Positions 9,633 through 21,881 of a stretch of 32,000 bases of DNA are shown here, piece after piece (position 1 is the first letter of the stretch; every line of letters starts with the position of its first letter). This DNA is from Candidatus Saccharimonadota bacterium (GTDB lineage: Bacteria; Pseudomonadota; Gammaproteobacteria; Enterobacterales; Enterobacteriaceae), in NCBI GenBank assembly GCA_045690015.1, contig CP145877.1, positions 270,001 through 302,000 of the forward strand. The letters run 5' to 3'. A program made the translations under genes and the position numbers. A model generated the notes under the pieces. That model searched no databases. It worked only from the letters and a program-made list of their open reading frames with translations, and was not told the origin of the DNA.

Positions 9633-11408
9633 ATGAAAAAATTTCCTTTAATAAGAGAACAATCTAATGATCCTATAATTTATGATTTAGAAAAACATTT
9701 TGGCTCAAATGCTTTTACTATCCAATCAACTATTTGTATGGATTTTCCCGTTATTTGGATAGAAAATAAACTACTATTAAAAATAGTATCTTTTTTACGT
9801 AAAATTCCTAAACCTTATGTGATGTTATATGATTTACATGCTATAGATGAACGTTTACGCACGTATCGTCAGGGATTACCAGAAGCTGATTTTTCCGTTT
9901 TTTATCATTTTGTATCTATAGAACGAAATTCAGATCTTATGATTAAAGTTGCATTATCAGCAAATAATCTTCAAATATCTTCATTAACCCAGTTATTTTA
10001 TAACGCTAATTGGTATGAACGTGAAATTTGGGATATGTTTGGTATCCGTTTTATTGGACATCCCAATTTAACTAGAATATTGATGCCTCCAAAATGGAGA
10101 GGATTTCCATTAAGAAAAGATTATCCTGCCCGTGCCACTGAATTTGATAGGTATTTTCTTACTCAAAAAAAAGAAGAGACTGAAATGGAAGCACTCACCT
10201 TCAATCCTGAAGATTGGGGTATGAAACATAGTACTGAAAATAAAGATTTTATGTTTCTAAATTTTGGTCCCAACCATCCTTCTGCACATGGGGCATTTAG
10301 AATTATTTTACAACTTGATGGAGAAGAAATTGTGAATTGTGTGCCCGACATAGGATATCATCATCGTGGTGCAGAAAAAATTGCTGAGATTAAAACATGG
10401 CATAATTATATTCCTTATACAGATCGTATTGAGTATTTAGGTGGTTGTATTAATGAAATGGCTTACGTATTAGCAGTAGAAAAACTCGCAGGTATAACAG
10501 TACCTGATAGAGTAAAAGTGATTCGTATTTTGCTTTCAGAATTGTTTCGTATTAATAGTCATATTTTATATATATCTACTTTTATACAAGATATAGGAGC
10601 CATGACTCCAGTATTCTTAGCTTTTACTGATCGGCAGAAAATTTATGATTTAGTTGAAGCTATTACTGGTTGTCGTATGCATCCAGCATGGTTTAGAATA
10701 GGTGGGGTTGCACATGATTTACCTCAAGGGTGGCAGCATTTATTACGAGAAATTATTTCTTGGATACCAAAAAGAATTAACTTATATATAAAAACTGCAC
10801 TTAAAAATAGTATTTTGATAAAAAGATCAAAAGGAATAGCGAGTTATGGAATACAAGAAGCTTTTGATTGGGGAGTAACAGGTGCGGGATTACGAGCAAC
10901 TGGTGTCGATTTTGATATTCGTAAATCACGACCTTATTCAGGTTACGAAAATTTTGAATTTCAGATCCCTATAGGCAATGGAATTAGTGATTGTTATAAT
11001 AGAGTTATGTTAAAAGTAGAAGAAATATTTCAGAGTTTGCATATTTTAGAACAGTGTTTAAATAATATGCCCTCGGGCCCATTTAAAGCTGATCATGTAT
11101 TAACTACACCTCCACCAAAAGAACGTACATTACAAGATATCGAAAGTCTGATTTGCCATTTTATAAATGTGTCATGGGGACCAAGAATACCAGCCAATGA
11201 ATCCTTTCAAATGGTAGAAGCTACTAAAGGGATAAATAGTTATTATTTAATTAGTGATGATAGTACAATGAGTTATAGGACAAGAATACGTACTCCAAGT
11301 TTTGCACACTTGCAACAAATCCCTTCGGTAATTCGAGGGAGTGCCATCTCAGATTTAGTGGTTTACTTAGGAAGTATTGATTTTGTTATGTCAGATGTGG
11401 ATCGTTAA
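9633..11408 (+). CDS. nuoC: NADH-quinone oxidoreductase fused subunit C/D
   Basis: 591 aa, collinear with the fused E. coli NuoCD ([28 protein letters not shown]...[23 protein letters not shown]; [39 protein letters not shown]; C-terminal [12 protein letters not shown]). Confidence 0.97.
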   Translation: MKKFPLIREQSNDPIIYDLEKHFGSNAFTIQSTICMDFPVIWIENKLLLKIVSFLRKIPKPYVMLYDLHAIDERLRTYRQGLPEADFSVFYHFVSIERNSDLMIKVALSANNLQISSLTQLFYNANWYEREIWDMFGIRFIGHPNLTRILMPPKWRGFPLRKDYPARATEFDRYFLTQKKEETEMEALTFNPEDWGMKHSTENKDFMFLNFGPNHPSAHGAFRIILQLDGEEIVNCVPDIGYHHRGAEKIAEIKTWHNYIPYTDRIEYLGGCINEMAYVLAVEKLAGITVPDRVKVIRILLSELFRINSHILYISTFIQDIGAMTPVFLAFTDRQKIYDLVEAITGCRMHPAWFRIGGVAHDLPQGWQHLLREIISWIPKRINLYIKTALKNSILIKRSKGIASYGIQEAFDWGVTGAGLRATGVDFDIRKSRPYSGYENFEFQIPIGNGISDCYNRVMLKVEEIFQSLHILEQCLNNMPSGPFKADHVLTTPPPKERTLQDIESLICHFINVSWGPRIPANESFQMVEATKGINSYYLISDDSTMSYRTRIRTPSFAHLQQIPSVIRGSAISDLVVYLGSIDFVMSDVDR

Positions 11409-11409
11409 T

Positions 11410-11898
11410 ATGAATGATATTTCCAATAGTTTTATATTAACTTCAAGAGAAAAAAGAGAAATTGAAGAAAAAAAACAACATTATGAAAATGCTAGATCTG
11501 TTTTAGTTGACGCTTTAAAAATCGTTCAAAAATATCGTGGATGGGTGCCTGATGATGCAATTCACGCTATTGGAAAATTTTTAGGTATATCGGCTAGTGA
11601 TATCGAAGGCGTTGCTACTTTTTATAGTCATATCTTTAGATATCCAGTAGGACGACATATTATTCGATATTGTGACAGTTATGTTTGTTATATGAATGGT
11701 TATGAAAAAATTCAACATCTTCTTGAAAAGACTTTAAAAATCAAAATAGGACAAACTACCTCAGATAAACGTTTTACATTATTACCTACCAGCTGTCTTG
11801 GCCATTGTGATAAAAGTCCTGCATTAATGATAGATGATGAAACTTACGGTCCTGTCAATCCGAATTCAATTATTGCAATTTTGGAACAATATAAATGA
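11410..11898 (+). CDS. nuoE: NADH-quinone oxidoreductase subunit E
   Basis: The ATG at 11410 lies 1 nt after the nuoCD stop and gives 162 aa (E. coli 166 aa). ALKIVQK.RGWVPD.AIHAI...[33 protein letters not shown] and FTLLPT.CLG.CDK retain the four 2Fe-2S cysteines. The track start at 11377 would overlap the nuoCD C-terminus and has no homology. Confidence 0.93.
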   Translation: MNDISNSFILTSREKREIEEKKQHYENARSVLVDALKIVQKYRGWVPDDAIHAIGKFLGISASDIEGVATFYSHIFRYPVGRHIIRYCDSYVCYMNGYEKIQHLLEKTLKIKIGQTTSDKRFTLLPTSCLGHCDKSPALMIDDETYGPVNPNSIIAILEQYK

Positions 11899-13232
11899 AA
11901 AAAAAAAACTTTAGGTATTCTGAAGAAACGCATCCGTTAACCTGGAGATTACGTCAAGACAAAATACCAATATGGATCAAGGAGTATTGCAGTAAAAGAG
12001 GTTATATGGGAGCTAAAAAAGCATTGCAAATGATGACTCCAAATGAAGTAATAAACATAATCAAAGAATCGGGTCTAAAAGGTAGAGGAGGTGCGGGATT
12101 TCCTACCGGAATTAAATGGAGTTTTATGCCTCAGGATGAGGAAAGAAAAGAACGTTATTTATTATGTAATGCGGATGAAATGGAACCGGGAACTTACAAA
12201 GATCGTATATTATTAGAGCAATTACCCCATTTAGTAATAGAAGGAATGTTAATTAGTGCTTTTGCATTGCAGGCTAATAGAGGTTATATTTTTTTACGTG
12301 GTGAATATATTCAAGCAGCTATTAATTTACGTACTGCACTGTATCAGGCAACTGAAGCGGGGTGGTTAGGAAAAAATATTATTAATAGTGGTTTTAATTT
12401 TGAAATTTTTTTGCATAGTGGTGCAGGAAGATATATATGTGGAGAAGAAACCGCATTAATAAATTCTCTAGAAGGATATCGTCCTACTCCACGTGCTAAA
12501 CCCCCCTTTCCTGCATTAGTAGGCGCTTGGGGGAAACCAACATGTGTTAATAATGTTGAAACCTTATGTAATGTTCCTGCCATTATAGAAAATGGAGTAG
12601 GGTGGTATCAAGGTCTTTCAAACAAAAATAGTAAGGATAATGGTACTAAATTAATGGGTTTTTCAGGCCGAGTAAAATATCCTGGAGTTTGGGAATTACC
12701 ATTTGGGATTTCAGCAGGTGAAATTTTTGAAGATTATGCTGGAGGAATGTGTGATGGGTTAACCTTAAAAGCTTGGCAACCTGGAGGAGCAAGTACTGCT
12801 TTTTTAACTAGAGAGCATTTAAATTTATCCATGGACTTTGAGACTTTAAGTAAAGCTGGGAGTCGTCTAGGCACAGCTTTAGCTGTAGCGGTTGATGATT
12901 ATATTAATCTAGTATCGCTTATTCGTAATTTAGAAGAATTTTTTGCTCGCGAATCTTGTGGATGGTGTACTCCTTGTAGAGAGGGTTTGCCTTGGATTGT
13001 GAATATATTAAGCGCCCTTGAGAAAGATCAAGGCAAATTAGGTGATATTGAAACTCTTGAAAAATTATGTCAACAGTTAGCCTCAGGAAAATCATTTTGT
13101 TATCATGCTCCTGGGGCAGTAGAACCGTTGAAAAGTGCATTGAAATATTTTCGTCCTGAATTTGAAAAAGGTGTGAATTCTGGTAAAAGGCAACCAAACC
13201 TAATTAAAGGTATACAACCCAATTTAAATTAG
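11895..13232 (+). CDS. nuoF: NADH-quinone oxidoreductase subunit F (FMN/NADH-binding)
   Basis: 445 aa. [60 protein letters not shown] and [14 protein letters not shown] are collinear with E. coli NuoF. ATGA overlap with the nuoE stop. Confidence 0.97.
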   Translation: MKKKNFRYSEETHPLTWRLRQDKIPIWIKEYCSKRGYMGAKKALQMMTPNEVINIIKESGLKGRGGAGFPTGIKWSFMPQDEERKERYLLCNADEMEPGTYKDRILLEQLPHLVIEGMLISAFALQANRGYIFLRGEYIQAAINLRTALYQATEAGWLGKNIINSGFNFEIFLHSGAGRYICGEETALINSLEGYRPTPRAKPPFPALVGAWGKPTCVNNVETLCNVPAIIENGVGWYQGLSNKNSKDNGTKLMGFSGRVKYPGVWELPFGISAGEIFEDYAGGMCDGLTLKAWQPGGASTAFLTREHLNLSMDFETLSKAGSRLGTALAVAVDDYINLVSLIRNLEEFFARESCGWCTPCREGLPWIVNILSALEKDQGKLGDIETLEKLCQQLASGKSFCYHAPGAVEPLKSALKYFRPEFEKGVNSGKRQPNLIKGIQPNLN

Positions 13233-13300
13233 TTTTTAAAAACGATTAATTGATTTTTACCTTAAAAATCTTCTGCACCACAGTATAATATAATTTGGAT

Positions 13301-16063
13301 ATGATTAAAATTAATATAGATAGTAAAACATATGAAGTAGCAAATAGCACAAAAAAAAATTTATTAGAAACTTGCTTGTCATTAAATATTGATATCCCAT
13401 ATTTTTGTTGGCATCCAGCTTTAGGAAGTGTAGGTTCTTGTCGTCTTTGTGCCGTTAAACAATATAAAAATTCTCAAGATCGGCAGGGTTATTTAGTTAT
13501 GTCATGTATGACACCTATATTAGATAAAAGTTTATTTTCTATAGAAGATGTTGAAGCAAAAAATTTTCGAAAAAATATCATGGAATTATTAATGACAAAT
13601 CATCCACATGATTGTCCAGTATGTGAAGAAGGAGGTAACTGTCATTTACAAGATATGCTTGTAATGACAGGACATCACTACCGCACTTATCGTTTTAAAA
13701 AACGTACCTATCGTAATCAAAACTTAGGTCCCTTTATTTCTCATGAAATGAATCGTTGCATTGTTTGTTATCGTTGTGTACGGTACTACAATGATTATGC
13801 AGATGGTAAAGATTTTGGGGTTTATGGTGTCCATAATAATATTTATTTTGGAAGAACTGAAGATGGAGTATTAGAGAATGAATTTTCAGGGAATTTAGTG
13901 GAAATATGTCCTACGGGAGTGTTTACTGATAAGAGTAGTTCTGAACACTATAGTCGAAAATGGGATATGCAATTTGCACCAAGTATTTGTCAACATTGTA
14001 GTCTAGGTTGTAATATTAGCATTGGTGAACGTTATGGAACAATAAGACGCATTGAGAATCGTTATCATGGTGAGATTAATCACTATTTTCTTTGTGATCG
14101 TGGAAGGTTTGGATATGGATATATTAATTTACTTGATAGACCTCAGTATCCTTTAGAATGTCGAGATGGAAAAAAACTTGTACTTACTTCCCATGAAATA
14201 TTAAATAAAACGACAGTAATCCTACAACATTCTAAAAAAATTATCGGTATCGGTTCTTGTCGTGCAAGTATAGAAAGTAACTTTGCACTTCGTGAACTTG
14301 TAGGATCAGAAAATTTCTATATAGCAGTGACTAATTATGAACAAAAACTTATTGCACTTATATTAAAGATATTATACTACAGTGGTATTTATACACCTAC
14401 TTTACGTGAAATAGAGAGTTATGATGCTATTTTAATTCTTGGAGAAGATGTTACGCAAACTAGCCCGAGAATAGCATTAGCTGTTCGTCAAGCAGTCAAA
14501 GGATATGGTTCTTCACTGGCAATAAAAAAACAATTACCCCCATGGCAAATGGCAGCTGTTAGAGCTGTAGGACAAGATACAAAAAATCCATTATTTCTTA
14601 CTAATATAGATCAGACTGCTCTAGATGATATTGCGAGATGGTGTTACTATGCTTCACTAGAAGATCAAGCCCGATTAGGCTTTGCTATTGCTCATGTACT
14701 TGATAATACAGCTCCTAAAGTTCCAGATTTGGATCATGATCTTATAATCAAAGCAAATTTGATTGCCCAAACATTAAAAAATGCTAAAAAACCTTTAATT
14801 ATTTCTGGAAGTAGTGCCGGTAGTGAAGAAGTGATAAAATCTGCTGCTAATATTGCTAAGGCCCTCTTCAATTGCCATGGATTATCGAATGTAGGGATAA
14901 CTTTATTACCTAGTGAGGTTAATAGTCTTGGAATAGGGATTTTATCAGCTAATAGTAAATTATTAGAAGTTGCTCTAAATGAATTGAAAAATAAAAATGC
15001 AGATACCCTTATCATTTTAGAGAATGATTTGTATCGTCTTTTTAAAAAAAAGAAGATAGATAATATTTTAAATAATATTCCAAACATTTTAGTATTGGAT
15101 CATCAAAAAACTCCAACTTTGGAAAAAGCTAACTTAGTTTTCCCAGTTGCTAGTTTTGCTGAGAGCGATGGGACAGTTATTAATAATGAAGTGCGTGCTC
15201 AACGATTTTTTAAAGTTTATGATGCATGTCATTATAATCCTAATATTTCAATACAGACTAGCTGGCATTGGTTACATTTAATAAAATGCAAAATATTATC
15301 TTCTCAGATGGAATGGAAAAATTTGGATAATGTAATTGATGCTTGTATAAAAGTTTTTCCACAATTAACACATATTAAAGATGCAGCTCCGAATTCTAAT
15401 TTTCGCATTTTTGGACAAAAATTAGCACGAAAGTCTCCAAGATTTAGTGGTGAAGCATCAATGCATGCCCATATTAATGTGCATGAATCAAGTACACCCA
15501 GAGATATAGATTCGATGTTTACCTTTTCAAAAGAAGGAAATAATAGTCCATTTGCGAAACGTCAACATATACCTTTTGCTTGGTTTGCCGGATGGAATTC
15601 AATCCAAGCGTGGAATAAATTTCAACAGGAAGTGGGGGGAAAATTACGTTATGGTGATCCTGGTATCCGATTAATTAAATCGAGAAAAAATCCCATTAAA
15701 TTTGGCTGGTTTACTGAAATTCCAAGTATATTTATGAATAAATTACATAATAAATGGCGTATAGTACCATATTATCATTTATTTGGTAGTGAAGAACTCT
15801 CTCAAAGAAGTAAAATAATACAAAAAAGAATGCCGTCATTTTACTTAATTATAAATAATCAGGATGCATCCTATTTGGGATTATCTGTAAATAGTATGGT
15901 GGAATTAACTATCAAACATGATAGTTTTAAGTTATTTTTATACACTTCTAATAAATTAGGTTCGGGTTTAATCGGACTACCTTTAGGGTTACCTGGCCTT
16001 CCATTGGAATTGAACGGTCTTTATATAGATAAAGATAACTTGAGGATTTTAAATAATGGATAG
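13301..16063 (+). CDS. nuoG: NADH-quinone oxidoreductase subunit G
   Basis: About 920 aa, collinear with E. coli NuoG throughout ([22 protein letters not shown]; [22 protein letters not shown]; [22 protein letters not shown]; [18 protein letters not shown]). I prefer the ATG at 13301 ([13 protein letters not shown], compare E. coli MATIHVDGKEYEV) to the TTG at 13295 used by the track. Confidence 0.96.
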   Translation: MIKINIDSKTYEVANSTKKNLLETCLSLNIDIPYFCWHPALGSVGSCRLCAVKQYKNSQDRQGYLVMSCMTPILDKSLFSIEDVEAKNFRKNIMELLMTNHPHDCPVCEEGGNCHLQDMLVMTGHHYRTYRFKKRTYRNQNLGPFISHEMNRCIVCYRCVRYYNDYADGKDFGVYGVHNNIYFGRTEDGVLENEFSGNLVEICPTGVFTDKSSSEHYSRKWDMQFAPSICQHCSLGCNISIGERYGTIRRIENRYHGEINHYFLCDRGRFGYGYINLLDRPQYPLECRDGKKLVLTSHEILNKTTVILQHSKKIIGIGSCRASIESNFALRELVGSENFYIAVTNYEQKLIALILKILYYSGIYTPTLREIESYDAILILGEDVTQTSPRIALAVRQAVKGYGSSLAIKKQLPPWQMAAVRAVGQDTKNPLFLTNIDQTALDDIARWCYYASLEDQARLGFAIAHVLDNTAPKVPDLDHDLIIKANLIAQTLKNAKKPLIISGSSAGSEEVIKSAANIAKALFNCHGLSNVGITLLPSEVNSLGIGILSANSKLLEVALNELKNKNADTLIILENDLYRLFKKKKIDNILNNIPNILVLDHQKTPTLEKANLVFPVASFAESDGTVINNEVRAQRFFKVYDACHYNPNISIQTSWHWLHLIKCKILSSQMEWKNLDNVIDACIKVFPQLTHIKDAAPNSNFRIFGQKLARKSPRFSGEASMHAHINVHESSTPRDIDSMFTFSKEGNNSPFAKRQHIPFAWFAGWNSIQAWNKFQQEVGGKLRYGDPGIRLIKSRKNPIKFGWFTEIPSIFMNKLHNKWRIVPYYHLFGSEELSQRSKIIQKRMPSFYLIINNQDASYLGLSVNSMVELTIKHDSFKLFLYTSNKLGSGLIGLPLGLPGLPLELNGLYIDKDNLRILNNG

Positions 16064-17015
16064 AAGAGAAATTTTCTTAAATCTATCGAAAACTATTATT
16101 ATATTATTAGGAGTTTTATTTTGCAGTGTTTTTATGAGTTGGGTTGAAAGAAGAATATTAGCTGTATTGCAAAATAGATATGGTCCTAATAAAGTAGGAT
16201 GGTATGGTTTATTACAAGTATTTGCAGATATGATTAAAATTTTGTTTAAAGAAGATTGGATACCGCCTTTTTCAGATCGATTAGTATTTACTCTAGCCCC
16301 TATTATTGCATTTAATAGTTTTTTATTATGTTTCACTATTATACCAATTACTAGAAGTTGGGTAGTAATTAATTTAAATATTGGAGTTTTATTTTTTTTA
16401 ATGATGGCTAGTTTATCTGTTTATGGAGTGTTATTTGCCGGATGGGCAAGTAATAATAAATATTCTCTTCTTGGCGCTCTAAGAGCAGCAGCACAAACTC
16501 TTAGTTATGAAGTATTTCTTGGTTTATCTTTAATGGGAGTGGTAGCCCAAGCTGGTTCTTTTAATCTCATAGAAATAGTCCATAATCAAATTAATTTATG
16601 GAATATAATTCCTCAATTTCTTGGATTTGTTACCTTTTTTATAGGTGGTGTTGCTCTTTGTCATCGTCATCCTTTTGATCAACCTGAAACAGAACAAGAA
16701 CTAGTATCGGGCTATAATACAGAATATTCGGGAATGAAATTTGGTCTATTTTTTATAAGTGAGTATATGGGGATTTTGATTATATCATCATTAATAGTCA
16801 CGCTATTTTTTGGAGGATGGAATGGTCCGTGGTTACCATCATTTATATGGTTCTTTATTAAAACTGGCGTTTTTGCAATTATGTTTATTTTAATACGAGC
16901 CTCATTACCAAGACCAAAGTATGATCAATTAATATCTTTAGGTTGGAAAATTTGCTTACCACTAAGTTTGTTTAATTTGCTAGTTACTTCCATAGTAATT
17001 TTACTACATCAATAG
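16056..17015 (+). CDS. nuoH: NADH-quinone oxidoreductase subunit H
   Basis: 319 aa polytopic membrane protein. VER+[11 protein letters not shown]+VG..GLLQ.FADMIK...KEDWIPPF.D and [25 protein letters not shown] are the NuoH/ND1 signatures. 8-bp overlap with nuoG. Confidence 0.95.
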   Translation: MDRREIFLNLSKTIIILLGVLFCSVFMSWVERRILAVLQNRYGPNKVGWYGLLQVFADMIKILFKEDWIPPFSDRLVFTLAPIIAFNSFLLCFTIIPITRSWVVINLNIGVLFFLMMASLSVYGVLFAGWASNNKYSLLGALRAAAQTLSYEVFLGLSLMGVVAQAGSFNLIEIVHNQINLWNIIPQFLGFVTFFIGGVALCHRHPFDQPETEQELVSGYNTEYSGMKFGLFFISEYMGILIISSLIVTLFFGGWNGPWLPSFIWFFIKTGVFAIMFILIRASLPRPKYDQLISLGWKICLPLSLFNLLVTSIVILLHQ

Positions 17016-17040
17016 CAATCAATAATAGGAAAGTATAATT

Positions 17041-17580
17041 ATGTTACTAAAAAAGATCTTTCATCATATTGTAACACAGCTAAGGAGCATATACCTAACG
17101 AGTTTAAATGTGTTTTCTAAACGTGAAACTAAAAAATATCCTGAAGAAAAAGTATACTTACCTCCTCGTTATCGAGGCAGAATTGTATTAACACGGGATC
17201 CAGATGGACAAGAACGTTGTGTAGCATGTAGTCTTTGTGCAGTAGTATGTCCAGCAGATTGTATCTCTCTTCAAAAATCTGAAGATTCTAATGGAAGATG
17301 GTATCCTGAATTTTTTAGAATTAATTTTTCCAGGTGTATATTCTGTGGTTTATGTGAAGAAGCTTGTCCAACAACTGCAATTCAACTAACTCCAGATTTT
17401 GAAATGGGAGAATTTAAACGCAAAGATTTAGTTTATGAAAAAGAAGACTTACTTATTTCAGGTCCTGGAAAATATCCTGAATATAATTTCTATCGAATTG
17501 CCGGTGTAGCGCTTAATAAAACTCCAGCACCTAGTAATAATCAATCAGATCCTATTGATGTAAAAAGCTTATTGCCTTAA
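17041..17580 (+). CDS. nuoI: NADH-quinone oxidoreductase subunit I (2x 4Fe-4S)
   Basis: 179 aa. [41 protein letters not shown] and [58 protein letters not shown] are near-identical to E. coli NuoI. Confidence 0.97.
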   Translation: MLLKKIFHHIVTQLRSIYLTSLNVFSKRETKKYPEEKVYLPPRYRGRIVLTRDPDGQERCVACSLCAVVCPADCISLQKSEDSNGRWYPEFFRINFSRCIFCGLCEEACPTTAIQLTPDFEMGEFKRKDLVYEKEDLLISGPGKYPEYNFYRIAGVALNKTPAPSNNQSDPIDVKSLLP

Positions 17581-17594
17581 AAGGAATTAAATAG

Positions 17595-18080
17595 ATGAAT
17601 TTATTCTTTTTTTATATATGCGAAGTAATTTCAATATTAACTACATTAGGTATTATTACTCATGCAAATCCTATGTATGCAGTGCTATATTTATTATCTT
17701 TAATATTATCAATTGCAGGAATGTTTTTCTCTATCGGTGCATATTTTGTAGGAGCATTAGAAATTATTATATATGCAGGCGCTATTATGGTGTTATTTAT
17801 ATTTGTATTAATGACACTTAATATAGTTAATTTCATGGAATATAAAGAAGTAGTTAATTCATCATTATGGATCGTAATAATGGTTTTATTACTGTTATTT
17901 TTCATTATTATCAGTTCCTATAAAATTTCTCAATTTTATCTGCTTGATGGAAATGTTATTGATGCCAAACAAGTAGGTATTTTGCTTTTTGGTCCATATA
18001 TATTGTTAATAGAGTTTATCTCATTACTAATGTTAGCAGGGTTAATAGTAGCTTTTCATATAGGATATAAGGCTCATTAA
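17595..18080 (+). CDS. nuoJ: NADH-quinone oxidoreductase subunit J
   Basis: 161 aa. ITH.NP..A.LYL..SL..I.G.FFS.GAYF.GALEII.YAGAIMVLF.FV.M.LN and LFGPY.L..E..S.L.LAGL.VAFH.G match NuoJ. It lacks the hydrophilic C-terminal tail of the 184-aa E. coli protein. Confidence 0.92.
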   Translation: MNLFFFYICEVISILTTLGIITHANPMYAVLYLLSLILSIAGMFFSIGAYFVGALEIIIYAGAIMVLFIFVLMTLNIVNFMEYKEVVNSSLWIVIMVLLLLFFIIISSYKISQFYLLDGNVIDAKQVGILLFGPYILLIEFISLLMLAGLIVAFHIGYKAH

Positions 18081-18154
18081 ATAATCATATATAAGAAAGT
18101 ACCTAAGTTTAAGTTATAATGTAATTTAAATAAAGGATAGGAGATATTATTGCG

Positions 18155-18439
18155 GTGATACCTTTTCAGCATGGATTAATCCTCTCGGAAATAATTTTTC
18201 TATTAGGAATAATAGTAATATTTACACATCGTAGTAATTTACTATTTATATTGATTGGAATTGAGATCATGCTAAATGCTGCAGCTTTAGCTTTTATAAT
18301 CTCTGGATATGCATGGAAGCGAGTTGATAGTCATATAATGTATATGTTAATAATAACTATTGCTGCAATAGAAGCAAGCATTGGATTAGCGTTGTTAATT
18401 AAGTTACATAGATCTTCTCATAACCTTGAGATGGATTGA
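18155..18439 (+). CDS. nuoK: NADH-quinone oxidoreductase subunit K
   Basis: 94 aa from a GTG start. MIPFQHGLIL aligns with the E. coli NuoK N-terminus MIPLQHGLIL, and LLF.LIG.EIM.NA.ALAF...G and AAIEASIGLALL..LHR are conserved. A GGAG SD lies about 10 nt upstream. Confidence 0.92.
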   Translation: MIPFQHGLILSEIIFLLGIIVIFTHRSNLLFILIGIEIMLNAAALAFIISGYAWKRVDSHIMYMLIITIAAIEASIGLALLIKLHRSSHNLEMD

Positions 18440-18452
18440 GTGAGAAATAAGT

Positions 18453-20330
18453 ATGGATGAACATTCTCTATCAATTTGGTGTATTGGTTTTCCTTTATTC
18501 GGTTTTTTTTTATTGATGATGAATAATCATTGTTTGAAAAAAATATCTTCAATTATAGGAACCAGTTCAGTAGTTTTATCAGCACTATTTACTATTCTGA
18601 TGATTTATAATTTTTTTAAAAAAAATCAATTAGCATATAATCAAAAATTATGGAGTTGGATAAATATTGGACATTTTTCTATTGATATTAATTTGATGAT
18701 AGATGGGTTATCTATCACGATGTTATCGATAGTAACTGGAGTTGGTTTCTTGATTCATTTATTTTCTATTTGGTATATGCGTCATGAAGAAGAAGAAGCG
18801 CGATTTTTTGCTTATACTAATCTCTTTATAGCAAGTATGATCATATTGGTACTGGCAGGAAACTTATTATTAATGTATGTAGGATGGGAATTAGTAGGAG
18901 TTTGCTCTTATCTACTTATTGGTTTTTATTATAGTAATGTTAATAATGGACTAGCAGCATTAAAAAGTTTTTTAATCACTCGTATTGCTGATGTATGCTT
19001 AGTTATAGCAATCCTTATTATTTATAATAAAATAGGATCTTTAAATTTTTACGACATATCCATAGTAGTAGTCAAATTACTTAAAGATGAAAAAAATTTC
19101 TTAGAACTGCAGTTAGCCGGTTTTCTATTATTGTGTGGAGCTATAGGAAAATCTGCACAATTTCCACTGCAAACATGGTTAGCTGATGCAATGGTGGCAC
19201 CCACACCGGTATCTGCTCTAATTCACGCAGCTACTATGGTTACTGCTGGAGTTTATCTTATAGCTCGCTCCCATTTTATATTTCATGTAATGCCCCAAAT
19301 CTTATATCTAATTCTAATTATTGGTAGCATAACCTTAATATTAGGAGCGTTTGCTGCTCTAGTACAAACTGACATAAAAAGAGTGCTAGCTTATTCTACC
19401 ATGAGCCAAGTTGGCTATATGTTTGTAGCTTTAGGTGTAGAAGCTTGGAGTGCAGCTATTTTTCATCTTATGACTCATGCCATTTTTAAAGCACTTTTAT
19501 TTCTTTCATCGGCGGCTATCATTTTAGAATGCAATCAGGAACAAAATATGTTCAAAATAGGTGGAGGTGGATTGCGTAAGAGAATGCCAATGATTTATAT
19601 ATGCTTCTTAATTGGTGGTTCTTCATTAGCAGCCGTTCCCTTTATAACCTCAGGATTTTTTAGTAAAGAAGAAATTTTTCTTTCTATTTTTTATAGTAGT
19701 CATATATATTATTTGATAATTGGATTATTAGGTTCTTTTATAACTTCACTTTATACATTTAGAATGATTTTCCTTATTTTTCATAGAGAAGAAAAAAGCG
19801 CTATTAAAACAGTTAAATCTAAAAAAGGAATAACCTTTTATTTTCCATTATTAGTAATGCTAATACTTTCTACTTATTTGGGTGCAATGATTACACTTCC
19901 ACTTAATACAGTGTTTCCAGTTATTAAAAATACCATTCACACAAATCAATTATTATTGACACTGATTTCTTGTAGTATAGTGTTTTTAGGGATGGTGTTT
20001 TCATGGATATTATTCTTTTTTAGCAAGTGTCGTTTAATGATTCACTGGGTACAACTAAACAATTATTGGTGGAATTTTTTTGTTAATTGTGGATTAAATG
20101 GTTGGGGATTTAACTGGTTATATAACCAATTATTTGTTAAACAATATTTAAGAGTTGCAAAATACTTACAGTCAGATCCGTTAAATAGAATTATGAATAT
20201 TCCAGTGATTTTAATTAATTTTCTAGGAAGAAAGTTACTTATAAGTGAACAACTTAATCATATTAATAACTATATTGCTTCAATTATATTTGGTATCGGA
20301 GTAATTTTAGCCGTTCTATTAATACTTTAG
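18453..20330 (+). CDS. nuoL: NADH-quinone oxidoreductase subunit L
   Basis: 625 aa antiporter-like subunit. DGLS.TMLS.VTGVGFLIH..S.WYM..EE...RFFAYTNLFIASM..LVLA.NLLLMY.GWE.VG.CSYLLIGFYY, GKSAQ.PLQTWLADAM..PTPVSALIHAATMVTAGVYLIAR and DIKRVLAYSTMSQ.GYMF.ALGV match E. coli NuoL. Confidence 0.96.
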   Translation: MDEHSLSIWCIGFPLFGFFLLMMNNHCLKKISSIIGTSSVVLSALFTILMIYNFFKKNQLAYNQKLWSWINIGHFSIDINLMIDGLSITMLSIVTGVGFLIHLFSIWYMRHEEEEARFFAYTNLFIASMIILVLAGNLLLMYVGWELVGVCSYLLIGFYYSNVNNGLAALKSFLITRIADVCLVIAILIIYNKIGSLNFYDISIVVVKLLKDEKNFLELQLAGFLLLCGAIGKSAQFPLQTWLADAMVAPTPVSALIHAATMVTAGVYLIARSHFIFHVMPQILYLILIIGSITLILGAFAALVQTDIKRVLAYSTMSQVGYMFVALGVEAWSAAIFHLMTHAIFKALLFLSSAAIILECNQEQNMFKIGGGGLRKRMPMIYICFLIGGSSLAAVPFITSGFFSKEEIFLSIFYSSHIYYLIIGLLGSFITSLYTFRMIFLIFHREEKSAIKTVKSKKGITFYFPLLVMLILSTYLGAMITLPLNTVFPVIKNTIHTNQLLLTLISCSIVFLGMVFSWILFFFSKCRLMIHWVQLNNYWWNFFVNCGLNGWGFNWLYNQLFVKQYLRVAKYLQSDPLNRIMNIPVILINFLGRKLLISEQLNHINNYIASIIFGIGVILAVLLIL

Positions 20331-20378
20331 TTGTTTAACTTAATTAACAATTCTAAAATTTAAAGGAAATATTATTTA

Positions 20379-21881
20379 ATGTTATTACCTTGGCTCATCC
20401 TGATACCCTTCATTAGTGCTTTAATATGTTTGCCTTTAGAATATTTTTGCATCAAATTATCACGTTGGATTGCTTTAATGGCAATTGGAATGGTTTTATT
20501 ACTAACATTATTAATAGGGTTATCAACTAATGATTTATTAATCATGCAAACAGTAGTTGGATCACATCAATGGCAATATGAATATTCTATTTCATGGATT
20601 CCTAGTTTTGGAATTAATTTCCATCTAGCATTAGATGGATTATCTCTACTAATGGTAATTCTAACCGGATTGCTTGGAATTTTTGCAGTATTATGTTCAT
20701 GGAAAGAAATAGATCGATATATTGGAATATTTTATTTAAACTTACTATTGGTTATCGGTGGAATAATCGGAATTTTTATTGCTATAGATTTATTTTTATT
20801 TTTCTGTTTTTGGGAAATGATGCTCATACCCATGTTTTTTATTATATTTTTATGGGAAAGTAAAGAAACTAAAGAAAGTACTAAAATTAATACTGCTATA
20901 AAATTCTTTATTTATACTCAGGGTAGTGGATTATTACTGTTAGTAGCTATTATAAGTTTATCTTTAATTCACTATTATCATACAGGTGTTTGGAGTTTTC
21001 AATATGAATCCTTATTAAAAAACCACATGTCATATCCTGTTGAATATATATTGATGTTATGTTTCTTTGTTACGTTCGCAGTAAAACTACCTATTGTGCC
21101 TTTACATGGTTGGTTAATTGATGTACATAGTCAAGCATCTACTGCAGGATCTATAAGTATATTGCTAAAAACTGCTGCTTATGGTTTATTACGTTTCAGT
21201 TTACCTCTTTTTCCAACCACATCGATGCATTTTGCTCCAATAGCAAAAATACTAGGTCTTATTAATATTTTTTACGGAGCCTGGATGGCTTTTAATCAAA
21301 CTGATTTTAAACGTGTTATAAGTTATAGTTCCATTTCTCATATTGGTTTAATATTAATTGCTATTTATACTTGGAATAATTTAGCATTTCAAGGTGTCAT
21401 TTTTCAGATGATTACTTACAGTATTTCTACAGCTGGATTATTTATTTTATGTGGGCAACTTTACGAACGTTTGCAGACTAGAAATCTATATGAAATTCAA
21501 AAAACATGGAGGCATATTAATTATATACCAGGTTTTGTATTATTTTTTTGCTTAGCAACTATGGGAATACCGGGAACTGGTAATTTTATTGGAGAATTTT
21601 TAATTTTAGTTGGGAGTTATAATATAGCACCATATATTACTGCAATAGCTAGTTTTGGTATTGTATTTACAACCATTTATGTATTAATTATGATGCAACG
21701 TATTTATTTTGGTATTCAGAAGGAAATGAATAAAAATTTTTTTAATCAAATGACACCACGGGAATATAGTATGATTCTAATCATCATATTTTTATTAATT
21801 GGGTTGTTTTTTTATCCTCAATTAGTTTTCAATATATCTCATAATCTTAAACCATGGATTTTTGATACTTCAATACGATGA
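20379..21881 (+). CDS. nuoM: NADH-quinone oxidoreductase subunit M
   Basis: 500 aa. The N-terminus MLLPWLILIPFI is identical to E. coli NuoM, and DGLSLLMV.LTGLLG..AVLCSWKEI, FFIYTQ.SGL and LLKTAAYGLLRFSLPLFP are conserved. Confidence 0.96.
   Translation: MLLPWLILIPFISALICLPLEYFCIKLSRWIALMAIGMVLLLTLLIGLSTNDLLIMQTVVGSHQWQYEYSISWIPSFGINFHLALDGLSLLMVILTGLLGIFAVLCSWKEIDRYIGIFYLNLLLVIGGIIGIFIAIDLFLFFCFWEMMLIPMFFIIFLWESKETKESTKINTAIKFFIYTQGSGLLLLVAIISLSLIHYYHTGVWSFQYESLLKNHMSYPVEYILMLCFFVTFAVKLPIVPLHGWLIDVHSQASTAGSISILLKTAAYGLLRFSLPLFPTTSMHFAPIAKILGLINIFYGAWMAFNQTDFKRVISYSSISHIGLILIAIYTWNNLAFQGVIFQMITYSISTAGLFILCGQLYERLQTRNLYEIQKTWRHINYIPGFVLFFCLATMGIPGTGNFIGEFLILVGSYNIAPYITAIASFGIVFTTIYVLIMMQRIYFGIQKEMNKNFFNQMTPREYSMILIIIFLLIGLFFYPQLVFNISHNLKPWIFDTSIR

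Noticed and set aside
9633-11408. Fused nuoC-nuoD as a possible novelty.
   Set aside because: The NuoCD fusion is the normal state in E. coli and related gammaproteobacteria, so it is ancestral rather than unusual.
11377-11409. Track start of nuoE at 11377 ([11 protein letters not shown]...), overlapping the end of nuoCD by 32 nt.
   Set aside because: The extra 11 residues have no counterpart in NuoE and are simply the alternate-frame reading of the conserved NuoCD C-terminus. The ATG at 11410, 1 nt after the nuoCD stop, gives a protein of E. coli-like length.
13295-13300. TTG start for nuoG at 13295, and similarly the GTG at 3598 for acpS.
   Set aside because: An ATG 2 codons (nuoG) or 1 codon (acpS) downstream aligns with the E. 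coli N-termini. The upstream near-cognate codons are probably artefacts of the longest-ORF rule. This cannot be settled without N-terminal proteomics or ribosome profiling.
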